A stretch of 64,000 bases of DNA. It comes from a bacterium (lineage in GTDB: Bacteria > Bacillota > DTU030 > JBMNJR01). The position numbers and the translations under genes are program-made. How positions within the stretch are numbered: the first letter of the stretch is position 1; each line of letters begins with the position of its first letter. The notes under the pieces are model-generated. The model ran no database searches. It was not told the DNA's origin and saw only the letters and a list, made by a program, of their open reading frames with translations. The stretch spans positions 8,547 through 72,546 of the forward strand of contig JBMNJR010000009.1 in assembly GCA_050951765.1 (NCBI GenBank), in the 5' to 3' direction. Shown one piece after another: positions 30,811 through 40,700 of the stretch.

Positions 30811-31564
30811 TAGGTTGCAGCCATAGTTGATTAGGGTCGACGTTATGGAGCGCAGCTAAAAGGTTATGCCTGATGCGGGGTATTTTCGTTTCCAGATTTT
30901 GAATCAGATTTTTTATTTCTTGTCGCTTTGAATGGCCGCAGTTAGGGCATGGGCTAGGGATAACAGGAAGGTTTAAGGTAGAGGCAGCTTCAGCGATTGT
31001 AGCTTCGGTGAGATAGACAAGGGGGCGAATTACTGTTGTATCGGTGCGGTCCAAATATGTGACCGGTAGAAAACATTTGATGCTGCCGTTATAAAACATA
31101 TTGAGCAGCAAGGTTTCAATTGCATCGTCTAGGTGATGGCCGAGGGCGATTTTCTTTATGCCTAAACGTTGTGCTGTTGTACATAATGCACCCCGGCGCA
31201 TATTGGCACAGAGAGAACAGGGCTTTTTTTCCTGCCGGTGTTCAAAAACAATGGGACCAATTTGGGTAGGCTCGATCACAAAGGGGACGTTTAATTGTCG
31301 GCAAAACTCCCGGAGGGGAGTTACATCGGTATGCCAACCGAAGTCAATGTGGATTGCAATTAAGTGAAAATGGATCGGTGCGATGCGCTGGAAGTGAGTT
31401 AGTATATAAAGCAGGGTGCTGCTATCCTTGCCACCGGATAGTCCCACAGCAATTTTTTCGCCGTTTGTGATCATGTGCCAGGTGCCGATAGCTTTGCCTA
31501 CCTTGCCGGTGAGGTATTTCATGGCTTTCTCCTTTGCTTTTAGCTGTATTATATCACATGCCAA
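30767..31564 (-). CDS. ttcA: tRNA 2-thiocytidine biosynthesis TtcA-family PP-loop ATPase
   Basis: SGGKDS, CSLCANMRRG, GHHLDD, IRPL, CPNC. Confidence 0.88.
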   Translation of the reverse strand: MACDIIQLKAKEKAMKYLTGKVGKAIGTWHMITNGEKIAVGLSGGKDSSTLLYILTHFQRIAPIHFHLIAIHIDFGWHTDVTPLREFCRQLNVPFVIEPTQIGPIVFEHRQEKKPCSLCANMRRGALCTTAQRLGIKKIALGHHLDDAIETLLLNMFYNGSIKCFLPVTYLDRTDTTVIRPLVYLTEATIAEAASTLNLPVIPSPCPNCGHSKRQEIKNLIQNLETKIPRIRHNLLAALHNVDPNQLWLQPTTATDRDHPTDSPY

Positions 31565-31710
31565 TTATAGCATAACCCAACTAAAGTTGAAGGAATTGGC
31601 AAACTTTTTTTCGATAATAATTTTGCCTGATATTATTTATCGCCTTTGTCACATATCATCAAAGGGATGCATATTTTACAGTGAGAAAAACGTAAAGGAG
31701 GGACATTTGC

Positions 31711-33294
31711 ATGCACGACTATTATAAACCAAAGCAGATAGAAGTTGAAAAGCGCTTGCTTAGGGTACAGCGGGTTGTCGGTGAAAACGTGGAGCAAAAG
31801 ACCATAACTGCCAAGGTTGATTTACCGGTCGCAGCGATTAAAATAATGGATGTTATTGCTGACCTTGAGAATGTGCGGGGCGAGGTCAGAGAAGATGGTG
31901 TTATGGTTACAGGCATTATCCACAAACAAGTTTTCTTTGTTGACCAAGGGGACCTGGTACGCCATGTTCCTGAGGATATTCCCTTCCGCATATTCGTGGA
32001 CGTTGAGGGCGCTGATCCTCACATGCGGGCGCAAGTGGATGCCAGCATTGAGGATGTGTCTTGGAGTCTGGAACATCATGGGATGCGGGTCAAACAGGAT
32101 ATAGTTGTCCGTGTGTTTGCAAAGGTGACGGAAACAGAACAGGTGGAAGTGGTAGTGGATGTGCCGGGGGTGGAGGTCATCACCGAACACCTGCGGGTTG
32201 AGAGTGTAGTCGGCGAAACTACGGAACGGGAAACTATAACTCCCACCATTACTTTGCCCATGCCTGCAGTAAAGATTTTCGACATTAAGGCAGAGGTAAG
32301 GGATGTAACCTTTGATATCAAGCGGGATACGGTTTTAGTACGGGGTACGATTCACAAACAGATCTTCTTTGTGGATAAAACCAATGTGGTTCGCCACTTC
32401 CCTGAGGATGTAACCTTTAGTATCGGTGTTGATATTCCCGGTGCCACAGACGACATGGATGCCCAAGTGGATGTAGATGTTTTTATCGATGACTGGCGGC
32501 TTGTGGGCGGAAGGGATCATGATAAGGATAAGGATCGGGATCGTAAAGACCACGATGACGATCATCATCACGGTTTCGGGCAGGAACTGCGGCAGACAGT
32601 GGTTGTGGAAGCCTTTGTGAAAGTGGTTGAACCATTGCAATTGGATGTTGTTGTGGATGTGCCCGGGTTTGAAGTGGAGACAATGCTGCTTAAGGTTGAC
32701 GAGGTTGTGGCTCATGTGAAGGATTCGGAAACCATTGATGCTGATGTTACCTTGCCAATGGATGCGATTAAAGTTTATAGCATTATGGCCAGCATCCGGA
32801 ACCTCCGCTATGAAATCCGCGATGGTACTGTAGTTGTCCGGGGTGTAATTCATAAACAAATCTTCTATGTGGATAGTAATAATCTATTACGCCATTTCCC
32901 GGAGGATGTGCCGTTCAGCATTGCCGTAGACGTACCTGGGGCTGAACCGGATATGAGGGCTTTTGTCCGCGCCCGTATCAACGGCGATATTGATTGGAGC
33001 TTGGGCCGGCGCAATACGGTTATGCAGTCAGTCTTGGTGGCGGTAGATGTTAAGGTTACCCAGGAGGTTCAGCTTGAGGTTGTAACCGATGTGCTTGGAG
33101 ATGTAGAAGATACCGGTGTTTGCCCGCCTGGTTCAAAGACACATGTCGTTCAACAAGGTGAGACCATGTGGTCCATAGCGCAAAGTTATTCCGTGCCACT
33201 GGATGCTCTCATCCGTGCAAACCCGCAGATAAAGGATCCTGATCATATCTCTGTTGGCATGCGGGTATGCATTCCCCCCAAATGGAAAGGATAA
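31711..33294 (+). CDS. Spore coat morphogenetic protein SipL-like (3 SPOCS/DUF3794 + LysM)
   Basis: Three GxIHKQ(V/I)F(F/Y)VD..EDxPF repeats, C-terminal LysM; CATATTTT promoter upstream. Confidence 0.88.
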   Translation: MHDYYKPKQIEVEKRLLRVQRVVGENVEQKTITAKVDLPVAAIKIMDVIADLENVRGEVREDGVMVTGIIHKQVFFVDQGDLVRHVPEDIPFRIFVDVEGADPHMRAQVDASIEDVSWSLEHHGMRVKQDIVVRVFAKVTETEQVEVVVDVPGVEVITEHLRVESVVGETTERETITPTITLPMPAVKIFDIKAEVRDVTFDIKRDTVLVRGTIHKQIFFVDKTNVVRHFPEDVTFSIGVDIPGATDDMDAQVDVDVFIDDWRLVGGRDHDKDKDRDRKDHDDDHHHGFGQELRQTVVVEAFVKVVEPLQLDVVVDVPGFEVETMLLKVDEVVAHVKDSETIDADVTLPMDAIKVYSIMASIRNLRYEIRDGTVVVRGVIHKQIFYVDSNNLLRHFPEDVPFSIAVDVPGAEPDMRAFVRARINGDIDWSLGRRNTVMQSVLVAVDVKVTQEVQLEVVTDVLGDVEDTGVCPPGSKTHVVQQGETMWSIAQSYSVPLDALIRANPQIKDPDHISVGMRVCIPPKWKG

Positions 33295-33300
33295 GTGAAA

Positions 33301-33330
33301 GCAAAACCACGGAGCAATCCGTGGTTTTAG
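33301..33330 (+). terminator. Hairpin after SipL-like gene
   Basis: AAAACCACGGA-GCAA-TCCGTGGTTTT. Confidence 0.7.
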
Positions 33331-33542
33331 CATAATATTTAATGGTAGTGGATACCAGTGGCGTCCAGGTATGAAGTAAATGTTAAATATGTGAGTAAAT
33401 GCCATGGCAATAGACTAGGTCCTTAATGCAGGGTTAATACGCTGCATTGTGGCCTAGTTGTATTTTTGTTTGTTATTAGCAAAAAAGGTATAATTTAGTG
33501 TAGGGGGCCAGCTTATGGAAAAAAACAGAGAGGAGTGCTAAG

Positions 33543-34328
33543 ATGAATCTAAGGAAGAAGTTGCTGGTAATAACATTAGTTGTGGCTATTTTCAGCACAT
33601 TGTGGACAGGTTTTGTGGTCGCTGCTCCAACGAAAGTAGAAATATCGGTGCGTACCAATTTTGGTAACTTTAGCATCAGTATACCAGTAGATACTTCGGC
33701 AGACAAGCTGGCAGATGAAATCTATCAACAAGCATTGGCACAGATTGGGCCGAACCTGAGTAGGCAGTACGGTTCCCAACTGGGGCAGGCTATTGTGCAA
33801 AGCATTGCCCGTCAGTTAGCACCCCAAGTAAAGCAAATATTAGATCGGCAACCAACGCCAAAACCGGACCCGAAACCGGAACCAAAACCGGATCCGAAGC
33901 CTGATCCCAAACCGGAACCAAAACCAGATCCGGAACCGGCAGGATTAACTGCGGATGAAGCACAGATGCTCAAGTTAATTAACCAAGAACGGGTACAGAG
34001 GGGCCTTAAGCCGCTCTCAGTTGATTTGGCAGTCACAGCTGAGGCCAGGAAAAAAAGCCAAGATATGATTACCAATAATTATTTTGGCCACACTTCACCT
34101 ACATATGGCTCGCCTTTTACCCAGTTGTCCCGGGCGGGAATCAGCTACCGGGCTGCCGGTGAGAATTTGGCCGGAGCGCCAACAGTAGATCGGGCCCATA
34201 CCGCCTTGATGAACAGTCCCGGGCACAGGGCCAACATTTTGAATGCAAGCTATACCCATGTGGGGATTGGAATTATTGATGGTGGTCCTTACGGGAAAAT
34301 GTATACCCAGATGTTTATCCAAAAATAA
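33543..34328 (+). CDS. Secreted CAP/SCP-domain protein (YkwD-like) with Pro-rich linker
   Basis: Signal peptide, INQER, YFGHTSPTYGSPF, GENLA, MNSPGHRANIL. Confidence 0.9.
   Translation: MNLRKKLLVITLVVAIFSTLWTGFVVAAPTKVEISVRTNFGNFSISIPVDTSADKLADEIYQQALAQIGPNLSRQYGSQLGQAIVQSIARQLAPQVKQILDRQPTPKPDPKPEPKPDPKPDPKPEPKPDPEPAGLTADEAQMLKLINQERVQRGLKPLSVDLAVTAEARKKSQDMITNNYFGHTSPTYGSPFTQLSRAGISYRAAGENLAGAPTVDRAHTALMNSPGHRANILNASYTHVGIGIIDGGPYGKMYTQMFIQK
33851..33939 (+). repeat. Imperfect 12-nt tandem repeat encoding PKP(D/E)
   Basis: PTPKPDPKPEPKPDPKPDPKPEPKPDPEP. Confidence 0.85.
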
Positions 34329-34342
34329 AAGGTCGGCTGGAG

Positions 34343-34386
34343 AGGTCAAGTATTAACTATGTAGTTAATGCCTGGCCTTTTTTTTG
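34343..34386 (+). terminator. Intrinsic terminator
   Basis: AGGTCAAGTATTAACT..AGTTAATGCCTGGCCT followed by T-run. Confidence 0.7.
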
Positions 34387-34463
34387 CCTAAAACCGGTGG
34401 TAATTTCTCTGTTTTTAGACATATATATTAGAAAATAAGCAGTGTTTATCGGGAGGGGGTGGC

Positions 34464-35699
34464 ATGGAGATAGAAGTTAAGGCCGCAGTAATTGTAGACC
34501 AGGCGGAGGTGAACCAGATCCTCGAGGTGTCTTTCCCAATGGTTCAGGAGGCGGTGCAGATCAAGGAAAAACGCGCCCGAGTAAAGGAAAAAAACGCCCA
34601 GATTATTGGCGAGAAGGTAATTATTACTGTGGTTATGCAGGCGGAGGTTTTTTATATTGGCAGGGATAATCGCATTTACCACCAACAGGAGTTCTTTCCG
34701 GCGCAAATTCTATGCGGCATTGTGGGCGCCCAGGCAGGGATGGATGTGTGGTTGGAACTTAATGCCGAGGAATTTTACATTTCGCAGGTGAGCAGAGGTA
34801 AAGAACTGGCAGGGAAGCTATTTGTAACTGGTCGGGTGATCTTAACGAAAAGTGAGCCTTTGTCTATTAAGCAGGGTACAGACTACCAGCTTTTAGTGGC
34901 AGAGATAGTTGCCCAATTGCAAGAGGAGGTGTATATTCGCCACCCCATCTCTCCGGCGCCGCGGTTAAAAAAAATAGAGGAAATTAAGGTCGAGCTGGCG
35001 CAGCTTGAATGTAAAGTTTTGCCTGACCGCTTGCTGGTATCCGGTGAGCTGAAGGAGGATGTTTATTATGTGGAGGAACATGATTTAGCATGTTATTGGC
35101 AGGAACAGTTCCCTTTTAGCAGTTATTTCCGGTTATTTGGGATTGTTGAGGGGCTGGATAAAGGGGAAATAACGGGGAGGGTAAAGGGGGTTATTACTGA
35201 AGCGGAGGGCAAAGATGGCGATAATATGGTAGTTAAGGTTGTTGTGGAATTGGCGGCTTTGGTGTATAGGAAGGTGCAAGTGCAAGTGCAAAAAGGTACT
35301 ACACCGGTGTGGGGCACTTTGATCCTGGGCGAAAATATCCGGGAACGGTTATTGACCGATACCTGGGATTTGACTGCAGGGGGTAAGATTGTCCGTAATT
35401 TGGAAACTAAAGTGTCGCAAATCAAGGGGCAGGCTGTGGCAGGGCAGGTATTGGTAGAGGGGGTCTTAGAGAAGGAGGTTTTTTATATCGGTGAGGATAG
35501 GTTGGAATACCGGCAGCGCAAGTCATTGCCCATTACTGATTTTATTCCCATACCTGAAGCAGAGGAAGGCTTATGGGTGCATACCTCCGGTCGGGCTAGT
35601 TCGGGGGGGTGGGAAATAAAAGCGGGGAACAGGTTGGAGGAAAGAAGCATATTGGAGCTTCATGCCTGTGTCTTAAAACCGGCGGTTGTTTATTTGTAA
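34464..35699 (+). CDS. SPOCS/DUF3794 multi-domain protein
   Basis: Repeats EVFYIGRDN, EDVYYVEE, EKEVFYIGED. Confidence 0.8.
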   Translation: MEIEVKAAVIVDQAEVNQILEVSFPMVQEAVQIKEKRARVKEKNAQIIGEKVIITVVMQAEVFYIGRDNRIYHQQEFFPAQILCGIVGAQAGMDVWLELNAEEFYISQVSRGKELAGKLFVTGRVILTKSEPLSIKQGTDYQLLVAEIVAQLQEEVYIRHPISPAPRLKKIEEIKVELAQLECKVLPDRLLVSGELKEDVYYVEEHDLACYWQEQFPFSSYFRLFGIVEGLDKGEITGRVKGVITEAEGKDGDNMVVKVVVELAALVYRKVQVQVQKGTTPVWGTLILGENIRERLLTDTWDLTAGGKIVRNLETKVSQIKGQAVAGQVLVEGVLEKEVFYIGEDRLEYRQRKSLPITDFIPIPEAEEGLWVHTSGRASSGGWEIKAGNRLEERSILELHACVLKPAVVYL

Positions 35700-35723
35700 G
35701 GGAGAGCCAAATATGGAAAGAAG

Positions 35724-37919
35724 GTGAAAGTGGTGGGAGGGGAGGCTGGCTTTCCTAAGGTTTTGCGTGTGGTGACATTAACAGAGCTCGCTTTTACCCT
35801 GCAAGGGAAATGTGCACTAAAACGGCCCCGTCCCTTGTTGCTGAAAGAAGTTATCCCCTCTCTGGAATCTTTAGCGTACCAGCTACAGGATCAGGACTTG
35901 TGGTTGACAGGGCAACTTAAGCTATTGTGCCTTTATGTTGGGGTTGATCAGGGTGTTCATTCCCGGGAGTTTAACCTGCGCTTTGCCCGCATCTTTCCCC
36001 GGCAGGACTTCGACGCTTATCTCCCCTTGGAATTAAAATCTAGGCTTAATGTCCTTAACTTTGGCTTAGAATCTGTTGCGGGGCAAAGGAATGAAGCGGG
36101 GATTTTTGCGGAAATTGCGGTGAACGTGGAGGTAAAGGGGAAGGAAGTGGTGCCGGCAGCATTATGTTTGCCCGGTGGCTCCGGGCAAGAGCGGGTGCTG
36201 GTGGAAGGGGAACGGGTGATTGGCGCCAAGACCTTGCGTTTTATGCATGAACACCGGTGCAAGCTGTTTTATGTAGCCAAAAGGGTGGGTGAGTTGAAAA
36301 CGCAAGTTTTACAGCTGCAAGCCCGCCCCGTTAAGGGCCAGGTTTTGCTGGAAGGAGTTTTGTGGCAAGAGGTTTTTTATGTGGGTGCTGATGATGTATT
36401 GCACCATCAAGAGGAGAAGATACCCTTTCAGTATACAGCCGTCCTGGCGGGGGCTGCGGAGGGAATGAATTTACAGCTAAAACCGCGGGTTACCGGAGTC
36501 AAGTATAGTATCGAAGGGGAGCATGGAGATACGATCGCGGAGAAGATATTCTTGGAAGTGGCGATTAAGGTTACCGGCAGAGGACGGGTCAGTGTTGTGG
36601 TTGGCACCGAGCAGCCGGTTCCGGCTCTAGAAAGAGAGTTGCTCTACTTGCAAAAGATTGTTGCTGAAGGAAGAGAGCAAGTTGTGGTCGAAAGTAGCAT
36701 TAATCTGAAGTTCCCCGGCCGTGAATTAGGCAGCGTGGAGGCCACGGTGGAAGAGATTCATTGTGAGATCTTACCGGGGAAGGTATTGTTGCAGGGAATT
36801 ATGCATGAGGATATATATATTATTGGGGAGGAAGGGATTGAGTATCACCAGGAACAGCAGCTTTCCTTTAGTGCCCACCTAGAGCTGGCAGGTGTTTATC
36901 CTGGTATGGAAATCAAAGCTAAAGGTATTGTGGATAACATATACCCCTGTCTTCATGGCAACGGGCTAAAATTGGAACAAAAAATTTTAGTAACTGTTGC
37001 CGTCACGGTAATGGAGGGAGATTTTCTCCCTGTTGTTGTTGCTGTGAAGGCACCTGGATGGGAAGCGGACAGTGAGTTGTTAGAGGTGGAATTATTGGTG
37101 GCAGAGGTCAGCGGCAAGGTATTGGTGGAAACAGAAACAAATCTGGTCCGCTATGCCAGAAAGATTGGTCAGATTGAAGCAGAGGTAATAAATGTTACTT
37201 GGGAAGTGTTGGAGGATAAGTTATTGGTGGCAGGGGAAATAAGGGAGCGGATTTTTTATATTACGCGGGAATTGGTGGAGTACCACCAGCAGTATGTGCA
37301 TGCCTTTACCCATTTTTTCGAGGTGCCGGGGGCCCGTTTGGGGATGAGGGTACGGGTGGTAGAAGCAGTGGTAGAATACCTGCAGCATACCCTCAACCCC
37401 GATGGCGATCTGGTAAATCAACAAATAATGTTAAAATTGCGGGCTCAAGTCAGTGAAGGGGTGCAGCGGGAGGTGATAACGGACCTAAAACCTCTTTACT
37501 TAAAAGAGGCTTTATTTTTGTTAAAAGAAGAAAAATGTACAATTATGCTGGAAAAATGGCTGGAATTATCCCGGCCATTCCCCAAACAAATTATTGAATG
37601 TAAGGCTCACTTACAAGATGTGCAATACAAGTGCCAACAAAACCAGGTTGAGGTAAGCGGCACCATAGTACAGGAATTATATTATGTGGGCATTAATAAC
37701 CGTTTGCTTTATTACCGGGAAGATATCCCCTTTGCCCAAGGGCTGGACCTGGGGATGGCGGATCCGGAAGTAATTTTAGAAGGTGATGCCAAGTTGTGTT
37801 GCAAAGGTAAGGAGCAAATGTTGCTGCCTGGCGGAAAATTGGAAAATCGGATCAAACTGGCATACTGTTTGCAATGTACTTTAAGGTTTATGGGACAATA
37901 CAATGTTATCCCAGGCTAA
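35724..37919 (+). CDS. SPOCS/DUF3794 multi-domain protein (about 5 repeats)
   Basis: LYVGVD, QEVFYVGAD, EDIYIIGE, ERIFYIT, QELYYVG repeats. Confidence 0.8.
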   Translation: MKVVGGEAGFPKVLRVVTLTELAFTLQGKCALKRPRPLLLKEVIPSLESLAYQLQDQDLWLTGQLKLLCLYVGVDQGVHSREFNLRFARIFPRQDFDAYLPLELKSRLNVLNFGLESVAGQRNEAGIFAEIAVNVEVKGKEVVPAALCLPGGSGQERVLVEGERVIGAKTLRFMHEHRCKLFYVAKRVGELKTQVLQLQARPVKGQVLLEGVLWQEVFYVGADDVLHHQEEKIPFQYTAVLAGAAEGMNLQLKPRVTGVKYSIEGEHGDTIAEKIFLEVAIKVTGRGRVSVVVGTEQPVPALERELLYLQKIVAEGREQVVVESSINLKFPGRELGSVEATVEEIHCEILPGKVLLQGIMHEDIYIIGEEGIEYHQEQQLSFSAHLELAGVYPGMEIKAKGIVDNIYPCLHGNGLKLEQKILVTVAVTVMEGDFLPVVVAVKAPGWEADSELLEVELLVAEVSGKVLVETETNLVRYARKIGQIEAEVINVTWEVLEDKLLVAGEIRERIFYITRELVEYHQQYVHAFTHFFEVPGARLGMRVRVVEAVVEYLQHTLNPDGDLVNQQIMLKLRAQVSEGVQREVITDLKPLYLKEALFLLKEEKCTIMLEKWLELSRPFPKQIIECKAHLQDVQYKCQQNQVEVSGTIVQELYYVGINNRLLYYREDIPFAQGLDLGMADPEVILEGDAKLCCKGKEQMLLPGGKLENRIKLAYCLQCTLRFMGQYNVIPG

Positions 37920-38351
37920 CCGGTCCCCGCGGTGATTAAAAAATATGAAGTGGAGCCGGTCTTTATAATAATAGCGGCGCGTTAAGCTAAAGAGATGATA
38001 AGCGCCGGGTATTTCTTTTCCTACTAAATAAACGGTATAAGCGCGGTATTTTACATCTTGTACTTGGCCGTTTAGCACCAAGACAGTTGTCCGGGAACTA
38101 AAATCCACAGCTGTAGGCGGAAAGGGAACCCCCAGACGGGATAAGCCTTGCCGCATTTCTGCTTCTGTCTGCCATACCTGCACATAGGGGCGTCTATCTT
38201 GACCATTGTTGCGCCAGTTAGAGTCAAATTCGATGTTATATAGATATAAGGGTATATATTGTACAGGCGGATGTTTATAAATGTCCGGATTAAAGCTCAT
38301 TGCTTCGATCAAGGATATTCCTCCTCTCTCTAGGGAACAGGTAGCGAACAA
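37881..38351 (-). CDS. Hypothetical protein
   Basis: ORF downstream of LDT gene; GAGGAGG RBS suggests a start near 38312. Confidence 0.6.
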   Translation of the reverse strand: MFATCSLERGGISLIEAMSFNPDIYKHPPVQYIPLYLYNIEFDSNWRNNGQDRRPYVQVWQTEAEMRQGLSRLGVPFPPTAVDFSSRTTVLVLNGQVQDVKYRAYTVYLVGKEIPGAYHLFSLTRRYYYKDRLHFIFFNHRGDRLAWDNIVLSHKP

Positions 38352-38364
38352 AATCAGGTGCCGG

Positions 38365-38910
38365 CTAGCCGGGGATAATAATTTCTTGACCGGGATAGAG
38401 CAGGTCAGGATTACGGATGTGGGGGTTTAATTTGAGCAGGTGGGATACGGTTGTTCGCAATTGGGTGGCGATTGACCAGAGGGTATCTCCCGGTCGCACA
38501 TAGTAAATGGCAGTACTGCTGCCGGTTCTTTTTTCTTTCGGCGGGGCAGGTTGGTGCCAGTATTCCGCATGGTCAGGGATGCGAACTATGGTTCCGATGT
38601 CTACCAAGGGAAACAATTCCTCTACATGGTGGTTGTACATGCGTACGCAGCCGTTGGATACCGCCTGCCCGATCAATTCGGGAGCATTGGTGCCGTGGAT
38701 ACTGTAGTAAGGTTTACTTAAGGCAAGTAAGCGGGTGCCGTAGATTTCACCGGGGTACGTTAGTTTATCAACTATGGTAAAGGTGCCGCGGGGTGTCGGT
38801 GTGGAAGGTTTGCCCACAGCTACCGGATAGGAACGGAACTTGCGGTTTGTCTTTTGTAGGTGCAAGGTACGGGCCGGGACATCAATGACAATCGAAAATT
38901 CCTTCGGCAT
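38365..38910 (-). CDS. L,D-transpeptidase (YkuD) with C-terminal LysM
   Basis: YPVAVGK..TPTP.G, IHGTN, SNGCVRM; VRPGDTLW. Confidence 0.9.
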   Translation of the reverse strand: MPKEFSIVIDVPARTLHLQKTNRKFRSYPVAVGKPSTPTPRGTFTIVDKLTYPGEIYGTRLLALSKPYYSIHGTNAPELIGQAVSNGCVRMYNHHVEELFPLVDIGTIVRIPDHAEYWHQPAPPKEKRTGSSTAIYYVRPGDTLWSIATQLRTTVSHLLKLNPHIRNPDLLYPGQEIIIPG

Positions 38911-39076
38911 ATTTTTCCTCCTTTCTTTGGTTTTGCCTTTTTATTGCATGGTAAAACGGCTATTATTTAGTTTATGATCATGTTATGCTAGGGGTAACTA
39001 AAAATTAAAAAAAGTTTTTCCGTACAAAAGTGGAAAAAGCACCAGGGGGCGGTGCTTTTTCCGCTGGGGTTCTTAT

Positions 39077-40474
39077 TTACCTTTGCGGGTAGTAGCCTAA
39101 AGGGACTTTTGCGATCTTGGCTGTTTCCGGGTCGAGGGCAAAGAGATCTGTTTTATCTACCTCTGTGACTGATGTTTTTCCCAGGGCGCGGGTTGCTTCT
39201 TCTATTTCTTCCTTACAGGAACAGAGGAAACGGGCTAAGTTTTGGGCTCCCAATTGGGGATTAAATTTTGCCCGGTAAACTCCATCATACCAGGCAATTT
39301 GGGTCGGGGGTTCCCAAGGCAGGGCATAAAGTGCTTGCATGTGGGAAACGGCGAAAAGGGCAGTACTGCCGATACAGACTGCATCTGCGCCCAGGGCCAA
39401 GGCTTTCAGGAAATCACCGGGGGTGTAAAGGCCACCGGAAATAAGCAGGCTTACCCGTTTTTTTGCCCTTTTCCGCTGGAAAAAGTTAGTTGCGCGGCAG
39501 AGAGCAAAAAGGGTTGGCAAGCCAAAATCATCAGCCAATATGGGAGGCCCTCCTTTTGTTGCTGCTTGGGCTCCATCGAGGGTGATAAAATCAACATTAC
39601 CCCGGAGAACAATATCTAAATCTTTTTCTAAAAATTTACTTGGAGCTAACTTTACGCCAATGGGGACACCGTTAGTTACTCCTCTAAGATAGCTAACCAG
39701 TTTATGTAGATCAGAAGCCGATTCGATTCCTTCCTGGCGGGATTCAGTGACGGCGTCCTGGCCGGGCTTTAAGTTCAGTTGTCGGCGCAATTTCAGGTCT
39801 ATATCCTTTGCTTTCATCAGGTGCCCAACTCCAGCTAAGGCGCCTTGTCCAAATTGAATTTCAATGGCATCCGCCTGCCGCAGGATTTCTTCTTCTTTAT
39901 TCCAGGTGCTGCGATTATATTGCAGGATAAGTTTTTGGGCAGCTTTCCGTTCTGCCGGTAAAAATGGTCCTTCCCCTGTGTTGATGGCAGTTCCTGCCAG
40001 GGTTGCACCTTGGGCTAAAGCAATTTTTATGTCTTCTGTTAGGGCTTCCCCATAGGCCATACCCGAAATTATAATGGGGATATCAATGGTAAGTGGTCTT
40101 TTGGCTTTGGTGCCGATTGTAATCTTTGTTGTCACCTCGGTTTTAATCGGGGTAGGAAGGGTATGGAGTTGGGCCGCATTAAACATGAGCCCGGAAAAAT
40201 TAGGAAAGCGCTTGGGGCTACCTAGGGGGCGTTGAATTGCTTTGCCTTCGTGGGTTCGGATCATGTTTTCCTGTAATATATAAGGCCCAGTACGGGCAGC
40301 GGCAGAAACAAATTCCCACAGGTTTTCCGCATAAGCTTCGGACATAAGCCGGTGCAGGAAATTGTCAAAGGTGATATTTACTAGTTTGCGTCCCATCCAT
40401 TTTATACCCCGAGGGAGGGTGATGGCGGCTAAGCCCGCCATTCCTAACCAGCGTAAGGTTCTTTTTTGCATCAA
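39077..40474 (-). CDS. FMN-binding glutamate synthase family protein
   Basis: ISGMAYG, NTGEG, EIQFGQGA, KALALGADAV. Confidence 0.88.
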   Translation of the reverse strand: MMQKRTLRWLGMAGLAAITLPRGIKWMGRKLVNITFDNFLHRLMSEAYAENLWEFVSAAARTGPYILQENMIRTHEGKAIQRPLGSPKRFPNFSGLMFNAAQLHTLPTPIKTEVTTKITIGTKAKRPLTIDIPIIISGMAYGEALTEDIKIALAQGATLAGTAINTGEGPFLPAERKAAQKLILQYNRSTWNKEEEILRQADAIEIQFGQGALAGVGHLMKAKDIDLKLRRQLNLKPGQDAVTESRQEGIESASDLHKLVSYLRGVTNGVPIGVKLAPSKFLEKDLDIVLRGNVDFITLDGAQAATKGGPPILADDFGLPTLFALCRATNFFQRKRAKKRVSLLISGGLYTPGDFLKALALGADAVCIGSTALFAVSHMQALYALPWEPPTQIAWYDGVYRAKFNPQLGAQNLARFLCSCKEEIEEATRALGKTSVTEVDKTDLFALDPETAKIAKVPLGYYPQR

Positions 40475-40700
40475 TGTTGTTCCCCCTTGGGAAACATGCG
40501 GGATTTAAGGTAGCATATAATAGACATGTATAGTGTTTGCAGTTGAGTTTTGTTTATCCGGAGGCGGCTTTAGTTTTCCGGTGCTGGAAATTGAGGATGA
40601 TTACTGGTATTTCCACGAGGTTTTTTAAATTTAGTGTTGAAAAAGAAAAGGATATAGTTCATTATTGTTTATGAAGGTTAAGTTGGGGGAGGGAATTTTT

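Noticed and set aside
33851-33939. Non-coding repeat or array
   Set aside because: Synonymous variation shows a protein-level Pro-rich linker
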